A DNA stretch of 64,000 nucleotides from Omnitrophica WOR_2 bacterium GWF2_43_52 (GTDB lineage Bacteria > Omnitrophota > Gorgyraeia > Gygaellales > UBA12090), in the NCBI GenBank assembly GCA_001805445.1, contig MHGF01000028.1, forward strand, positions 9,651 to 73,650, read 5' to 3'. Shown here in pieces: positions 59,036 to 64,000 of the stretch. Position 1 is the first letter of the stretch, and every line of letters starts with the position of its first letter. The notes below the pieces were generated by a model, which worked only from the letters and a program-made list of their open reading frames with translations, was not told the origin of the DNA and ran no database searches. The translations under genes were made by a program, and so were the position numbers.

Positions 59036-60142
59036 TCAATACTCCTTAACCGTTCCTTCCACCAGAAAATCCTCACCGATTCTTGAGAGCTTTACTTCTT
59101 TTAACTTGACCGCTTTATCTACCCGCAAGGCTCCCTTACCCATGACTGAGCCTATAGAATCCTTGCCGCCGATAATCTTGGGAGCGATAAAAAATAAAAC
59201 CTTATCCACCAAATTGTAATCAAACAAAGAGCCTATTAAAGTCCCTCCGCCTTCAACTAAAATATTGGTTATTCCTAAGCGGGCTAATTTCTTAAATAAA
59301 TCATAGAGGTTTACCTGCCCATTATTCTCTCGAATTTCTAAAATCTTTGCCTTCGTCGCTAACAAATTCCTGTTCTCTGTTTCCTGGCCCAGGGCTTGCG
59401 TAAGGGTAGCAATGATGACCGGATCAGGCTTCTGGAACAGATTAGCTCTAGCGCTCATGCTGAGGCGGCTATCAGCGATAATCCTGGTTATCGGCTTCTT
59501 GGGATATCCAGATACCAAAAAAGGGTCATCACGAATTACCGTATTGATCCCCACCATTATCCCATCGTAAAAACGGCGTAAATTATGAGCAACAACTCTT
59601 GCTTTATCTGAAGTAATCCACTTTGAATCCCCATTTTTTGTGGCAATTTTACCATCCAAAGACTGCCCTGTCTTTACCGTGATATAAGGTATTTTCTTAG
59701 TGATATATTTGATAAATGGCTGATTTATCTTTCGCGCCTCATCTTCGCAAAAACCAACTTCAACTTTTATGCCATGCTCTTGCAGTAGTTTTATCCCTTT
59801 ACCGTTATTTAAGGGATTTGGGTCAACCATAGCCACTACGGCCTTTTGTATCCCTGCATCCACTATCTTATCAACGCAAGGAGGAGTCCTCCCGTAATGA
59901 GCGCAAGGCTCTAAGGTAACGTAAAGAATGGCGCCTTTTGCCTTATAGCCAGCGTCGTTAATAGCCTCAACCTCAGCATGAGGCAAGCCGGCTTTTTTAT
60001 GATACCCTTTCCCCACGATCTTCTCATCCTTGACTACCAGCGCGCCAACGAGTGGATTAGGAAACGTTTGGCCTTTGGCCTTTAACGCCAAAGAAAGCGC
60101 CTGACGCATAAAACTCTCGTGGAAATTCATATTAATTTTCAT
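59036..60142 (-). CDS. ribD: Bifunctional diaminohydroxyphosphoribosylaminopyrimidine deaminase / 5-amino-6-(5-phosphoribosylamino)uracil reductase
   Basis: 368 aa. CMP/dCMP deaminase zinc motif 'HAEVEA...PCAHYGRTPPC' plus reductase domain. Confidence 0.9.
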   Translation of the reverse strand: MKINMNFHESFMRQALSLALKAKGQTFPNPLVGALVVKDEKIVGKGYHKKAGLPHAEVEAINDAGYKAKGAILYVTLEPCAHYGRTPPCVDKIVDAGIQKAVVAMVDPNPLNNGKGIKLLQEHGIKVEVGFCEDEARKINQPFIKYITKKIPYITVKTGQSLDGKIATKNGDSKWITSDKARVVAHNLRRFYDGIMVGINTVIRDDPFLVSGYPKKPITRIIADSRLSMSARANLFQKPDPVIIATLTQALGQETENRNLLATKAKILEIRENNGQVNLYDLFKKLARLGITNILVEGGGTLIGSLFDYNLVDKVLFFIAPKIIGGKDSIGSVMGKGALRVDKAVKLKEVKLSRIGEDFLVEGTVKEY

Positions 60143-60956
60143 TCATTACCCTTTTGCGGGCATCTTTAAGGGCATCAATCAATTCACTGCTCACCTCAAT
60201 CATTCCAATGGTAACATCAGGTTTTAGTTCTCCGTGATAATCAGAGCCGCCGGTAACCACTAAGTTGTTATCCTGGGCTATCTTCAGATAGGTGGCAATC
60301 TGCGCAGGAGTATGTTCCGGATATAACACTTCTAGGCCCATAAGGCCGTCTTTAATGAAATCAAAAATCATATCCTGAAAAGGAAGGCAATACGGATGCG
60401 CCAACACAGGGACTCCGTGTGCCTTACGAATTAATGCTATCACCTCTTGCGGGCTAAGCCTGAAATGAGAAACATAGGCAGGCCCTCCATCTCTGATATA
60501 CTTATTAAATGCCTCCTGAACGCTGGATACAAAGCCTTTGCGCGATAGCATCCGCGCCAGGTGGAGCCTTCCCACGCAGTTATGCCCCGCGAATTTCGCT
60601 ATTTCTTCAACAGCTATCGGCATCCCTAAAGCGGTCAGCTTCTCACACATTTCGCGCATCCGCGATACACGGACATCACAAATATCATTTAGTTTTTCCT
60701 GAAACCACGGCTGGGAATAATCAATACAATACCCCAATATATGCACTTCCGTATTATTATAATCCGCGGTCAATTCTATTCCCGGAATGATTTCAATATC
60801 TGAAACAGGCAACGCTGGTAAATACGCGGCAACCGAATCATGGTCAGTAATACTGATGCATCGCAGGTGCGCTTCCTTGGCTAAGGCGATAAGTTCTGAA
60901 AGGCTCTGTGTCCCGTCAGAAAACGAGGTATGAAGGTGCAGGTCGGCATATTTCAT
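60132..60956 (-). CDS. PHP-domain metal-dependent phosphoesterase embedded in the rib operon
   Basis: 274 aa. 'HLHTSFSDG' PHP motif and further His/Asp metal ligands. Confidence 0.8.
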   Translation of the reverse strand: MKYADLHLHTSFSDGTQSLSELIALAKEAHLRCISITDHDSVAAYLPALPVSDIEIIPGIELTADYNNTEVHILGYCIDYSQPWFQEKLNDICDVRVSRMREMCEKLTALGMPIAVEEIAKFAGHNCVGRLHLARMLSRKGFVSSVQEAFNKYIRDGGPAYVSHFRLSPQEVIALIRKAHGVPVLAHPYCLPFQDMIFDFIKDGLMGLEVLYPEHTPAQIATYLKIAQDNNLVVTGGSDYHGELKPDVTIGMIEVSSELIDALKDARKRVMNEN

Positions 60957-61367
60957 TTAGGTTTTACCGCAATCGGCTTTGATGCGGTCGAGGATACCAT
61001 TGACAAACTTACCCGACTCATCCCCTGAATACTTTTTGGCTAAGTCTACCGCCTCATTAATAGAAACCTTAGCGGGGATATCTTTCACATACAACAATTC
61101 GAAGCTCCCTAACCGCAACACATTCCTGTCAACTACGGCCATACGCCCTAATACCCAATGCTCGGCAAAAGAGGATATCTTCTTGTCTATTTCCGCTAAA
61201 TGCTGTATGGCGCCTAAGACAATATCCTGCGTAAAATCCTTAACCTCCTGATTTTCCTCCTTCTGGCTTTGCCAGAAGGATTCCAAATCAGTGAGCATAA
61301 CTTTCTCAATATCATACTTATAAAGCAACTGTAAGGCGTATTCTCTGGCCTTGGTACGTTTACGCAT
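60957..61367 (-). CDS. nusB: Transcription antitermination factor NusB
   Basis: 136 aa NusB fold. ribH-nusB linkage. Confidence 0.9.
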   Translation of the reverse strand: MRKRTKAREYALQLLYKYDIEKVMLTDLESFWQSQKEENQEVKDFTQDIVLGAIQHLAEIDKKISSFAEHWVLGRMAVVDRNVLRLGSFELLYVKDIPAKVSINEAVDLAKKYSGDESGKFVNGILDRIKADCGKT

Positions 61368-61412
61368 TTCTCCTCGCTTCGCTCGGGTCTGTTTTTTTCG
61401 TTCTCTAACGTA

Positions 61413-61880
61413 TTATTTTATTTGCTGGATAAGGTTTGCCATCTCTATAGCGGTAGTCGCTGCGTCTTTTCCTTTATTTCCGTCTTTCGTGCCCGCGCGT
61501 TCAATCGCCTGCTCAATGGTATCCGCGGTAATCACACCAAAGATAACGGGGACACCCGTGTCTAACGAGACATGCGCGATGCCTTTTGAGACTTCAGAGG
61601 CAATATAATCAAAATGTGGCGTTGCTCCGCGGATTACGGTGCCCAAACAAATCACCGCGTCAAAGCGCTTAGACTTGGCTAACTTTTGCGCTGCCAGGGG
61701 AAGCTCAAATGCCCCAGGGACAAGAACAACCTGTAATTCATTCTTATCTACACCGTGGCGGATAAGCGTATCCACGCATCCGTCAATAAGCTGCTTGGTA
61801 ATAAAATCATTAAACCGGCTGGCTACAATACCAAAGCTTTTCCCCTTTGCAATCAATTGTCCTTCGATAGTCTTTACCAT
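61413..61880 (-). CDS. ribH: 6,7-dimethyl-8-ribityllumazine synthase
   Basis: 155 aa lumazine synthase. Confidence 0.92.
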   Translation of the reverse strand: MVKTIEGQLIAKGKSFGIVASRFNDFITKQLIDGCVDTLIRHGVDKNELQVVLVPGAFELPLAAQKLAKSKRFDAVICLGTVIRGATPHFDYIASEVSKGIAHVSLDTGVPVIFGVITADTIEQAIERAGTKDGNKGKDAATTAIEMANLIQQIK

Positions 61881-61923
61881 TTTTATTTCCCTCCCTATTT
61901 CGTATACAAATGCCTATTTCAAT

Positions 61924-63156
61924 TTATGCCTCAGTCAATAAATGCCCTAGTTTTTCCTTCTTGGTCCTTAAATATTTTTTATTCACTTTTGTCGGTTTCA
62001 TTTGAAGGCCGACCCGCTCAGTTATTTCCAATCCATAGCCCTCCAAGCCGATAATTTTACGCGGATTATTGGTAAGCAGGCGTATCCGCTGTATCCCTAA
62101 ATCAACCAGAATCTGCGCCCCAATGCCGTAATCGCGTAAATCCGCCGAGAATCCCAACGCCTCATTTGCCTCAACGGTATCCATGCCTTTATCTTGCAGA
62201 GCGTAGGCATGGACCTTATTGGCTAAGCCTATGCCCCGGCCTTCTTGATTCATATAGATAATTACTCCTTTGCCTTCATCTTGGATCAAGCGCATAGCTT
62301 TCTTAAGCTGCTGGCCGCAATCACAACGCAAAGAAGAAAAAATATCTCCTGTCAGGCAGGAAGAATGCACCCTTACCAGAGTCGGCTTATCTTTCTCAAA
62401 ATCTCCCATCGCTAAAGCCAAATGGTGTGATTGGTCAATAAGTGACTGGTATAATACTAAGGTAAATTCACCAAAAGCCGTAGGTAATTTTGTCTCTTCG
62501 AGCCTTTTGATTAAAAGCTCTTTTCTTCTTCTATACTCAATAAGAGCGGCAATGGTACAAATTTTAAGCTTATGGGTTTTAGCGAACGCCAGCAACTCCG
62601 GAGTCCTGGCCATAGTGCCGTCATCATTCATAATCTCACAAATGACACCCGCAGGATACATTCCCGCAAGGCGCGCCAAATCCACCGCGGCCTCAGTATG
62701 TCCTGCCCTTACCAGCACCCCTCCTTCTTTTGAAGCCAAGGGAAAAATATGGCCCGGGCGAACTAAATCCTGCGGCCTGGATTTTTTATCAATCAATACC
62801 TTCATGGTATGCGCCCTGTCAGAAGCAGAAATACCGGTAGTAACGCCACTGCGCGCGTCAACGGAAATTCGCCAGGCGGTCTGGAACTTATCCTCATAGC
62901 CTTTGGCTGCCTCATGGGGAAGAAAATTAATCATCGGATGTAACCCGAGTGCCTCAAGGCGCTCATGAGTCATAGGCACGCAAATAAGCCCCCTGCCAAA
63001 CTTAGCCATAAAATTTATCTTTTCCTTCGTAGCAGCCGCGGCCGCCATCAGCAAATCGCCTTCATTCTCACGGCTTTCATCATCAATAACAATAACCATC
63101 TTGCCGGCTTTTATATCACAAATTATTTCTTCAATCGCGTTAAATTGTCCGCTCAT
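61924..63156 (-). CDS. ribBA: Bifunctional 3,4-dihydroxy-2-butanone-4-phosphate synthase / GTP cyclohydrolase II
   Basis: DHBP synthase N-domain plus GCHII C-domain (CxxC...C zinc site). The ORF track extends to 63171 through a TTG inside the terminator U-tract. ATG at 63156 ('[10 protein letters not shown]') is the likely start. Confidence 0.9.
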   Translation of the reverse strand: MSGQFNAIEEIICDIKAGKMVIVIDDESRENEGDLLMAAAAATKEKINFMAKFGRGLICVPMTHERLEALGLHPMINFLPHEAAKGYEDKFQTAWRISVDARSGVTTGISASDRAHTMKVLIDKKSRPQDLVRPGHIFPLASKEGGVLVRAGHTEAAVDLARLAGMYPAGVICEIMNDDGTMARTPELLAFAKTHKLKICTIAALIEYRRRKELLIKRLEETKLPTAFGEFTLVLYQSLIDQSHHLALAMGDFEKDKPTLVRVHSSCLTGDIFSSLRCDCGQQLKKAMRLIQDEGKGVIIYMNQEGRGIGLANKVHAYALQDKGMDTVEANEALGFSADLRDYGIGAQILVDLGIQRIRLLTNNPRKIIGLEGYGLEITERVGLQMKPTKVNKKYLRTKKEKLGHLLTEA

Positions 63157-63159
63157 AAT

Positions 63160-63192
63160 AAAAAACCCCAAAGGTATACTTCGGGGTTATGG
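63160..63192 (-). terminator. Riboswitch expression-platform intrinsic terminator
   Basis: Minus-strand aaccccgaagtatacctttggggtttttt immediately 5' of the ribBA start. Confidence 0.75.
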
Positions 63193-63261
63193 TATTTGTA
63201 TTCTAACGTAACGTATCAGAGCAATCGTATACTACAAATACTCGGTTCTTTGCGCGTTTTT

Positions 63262-63463
63262 ATCTTCTCCCATCTAGACTTTCGCCAAAACCACTATGGT
63301 GGTTTGGCGTGCGCCTCTGCGCTAGCCCAAACTAATCTGATAGTTTGGCATGCGCCTTCTACGCAACTATCGGCACTGGACTTACACCAGTTCATGCCCT
63401 ATTTCTACTGGAGCTCGCGGGCTTTACCGCCGGTCGGGAATTGCACCCTGCCCCGAAGATTAA
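63262..63463 (-). promoter_or_regulatory. FMN riboswitch (RFN element) controlling the rib operon
   Basis: Minus strand reads cttcggggcagggtgcaattcccgaccggcggtaaagcccgcgagc ... gaaagtctagatgggagaag. These are the conserved 5' and 3' RFN cores. The variable region is unusually long, with two similar hairpins. Confidence 0.85.
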
Positions 63464-63563
63464 ATATATTCTACAATGAAATTTCACATTGTCAAGCCTT
63501 TTGTATTCGGATATAATGGCACTATCGCATCTTTAAATTAATTTTATATGTTAACGGAGCACT

Positions 63564-64000
63564 ATGCTGGCTGAAGTAAAACTCGTAAAACTACTGGAGC
63601 AAAAAAAGCTAACCCTGGGTATCGCGGAATCCTGCTCGGGGGGATTGCTTTCTAACCGCATCACCAATATCCCTGGCAGTTCTACAGTATTCCTCTTAGG
63701 AACCATAACCTACGCTAACGAATCAAAAAGCAAGATTCTTCAGGTGCCTGCGCAACTCATGAAAACCAAAGGCTCGGTTTCAGTTCACACAGCCAAAGCT
63801 ATGGCACTCGGCATCCGTAAGTTATCAGGCGCTTCTTTCGGCGTAAGCATAACCGGTATCGCCGGCCCTGCAGGAGGGACAAAAGACAAACCCATAGGCA
63901 CAGTCTTTATAGGAATTTCTTCGGACAAAAAAACTTTTGCTTCTCAATTCAATTTTTCAGGAAACCGTTTAGAAATAAAAAGAAAGTCAACAAGTAAAGC
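63564..64000 (+). CDS. CinA-family protein, C-terminal domain type (nicotinamide-nucleotide amidohydrolase PncC-like); partial, runs off the window
   Basis: 'LTLGIAESCSGGLLS...GIAGPAGG' CinA C-domain motifs. Preceded by acggagcactATG. This is the only plus-strand gene. Confidence 0.75.
   Translation, partial: MLAEVKLVKLLEQKKLTLGIAESCSGGLLSNRITNIPGSSTVFLLGTITYANESKSKILQVPAQLMKTKGSVSVHTAKAMALGIRKLSGASFGVSITGIAGPAGGTKDKPIGTVFIGISSDKKTFASQFNFSGNRLEIKRKSTSK

Noticed and set aside
58416-59219. 267-aa plus-strand ORF
   Set aside because: It is entirely antisense to ribE, which is well supported. It has a Ser/Leu/Thr-rich low-complexity composition and no RBS.
63157-63171. Upstream TTG start of ribBA giving an 'MGFFIM' extension
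   Set aside because: The extension is encoded by the U-tract of the riboswitch terminator. ATG at 63156 with 'MSGQFN...' fits the DHBP synthase N-terminus.
62965-63516. 183-aa plus-strand ORF, plus 62270-62899 (209 aa, plus strand)
   Set aside because: They overlap the FMN riboswitch/terminator and the ribBA coding region respectively. They are antisense artefacts.

Overview
This 64 kb window is a bacterial chromosomal segment of about 45-48% GC. It has 63 substantial ORFs and 62 of them are on the minus strand. The only plus-strand gene is a partial cinA/pncC-like gene at the 3' edge. Reading in the direction of transcription (high to low coordinate), the content is as follows. An FMN-riboswitch-controlled riboflavin operon runs ribBA-ribH-nusB-PHP-ribD-ribE, followed by crcB. 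A tRNA-Pro(CGG) comes next. Downstream of the tRNA is a compact three-gene module (small 2-TM protein, minimal nucleotidyltransferase, GHKL/HATPase_c_3 ATPase) that looks like an accessory or defence-type island. Then come a DUF486 membrane protein, acyP, a metallophosphoesterase, ligA, a lipoprotein, an MBL hydrolase and xerD, followed by a roughly 500 bp block of structured repeats. Next are cca, the rbfA-nrnA-truB-ribF block and an orphan type I-C-like CRISPR repeat. A complete dcw cluster follows: mraZ-rsmH-ftsL-ftsI-murE-murF-mraY-murD-ftsW-murG-[zinc peptidase]-murC-murB-ddl-ftsQ-ftsA. In this cluster ftsZ is not at its canonical place. A NUDIX hydrolase and a c-di-GMP two-component module sit there instead (PilJ-domain histidine kinase, REC-GGDEF-HD-GYP, REC), before yggS-proC-mtnP. 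After that come the ileS-dksA-like-lspA-lgt-rluD operon, a coiled-coil membrane protein, mreBCD-mrdA-rodA, a TIGR03960-type radical SAM protein, and finally a c-di-GMP-linked secretion/pilus ATPase module (HAMP-GAF-degenerate GGDEF, a stand-alone MshEN domain, and two tandem GspE/PilB ATPases). Layered on this are several features that the gene annotations do not explain. There are two families of about 170-200 bp GC-rich structured repeats (X and Y) that show compensatory base changes, and X occurs in both orientations. Heptanucleotide tandem repeats are frequent, including inside two coding regions. There is a 10-bp-phased repeat array and a dyad CACGAAT operator-like region. The strongest candidates for something undescribed are the tRNA-adjacent NTase+GHKL module, the split c-di-GMP-sensing ATPase module, and the X/Y repeat system next to xerD.
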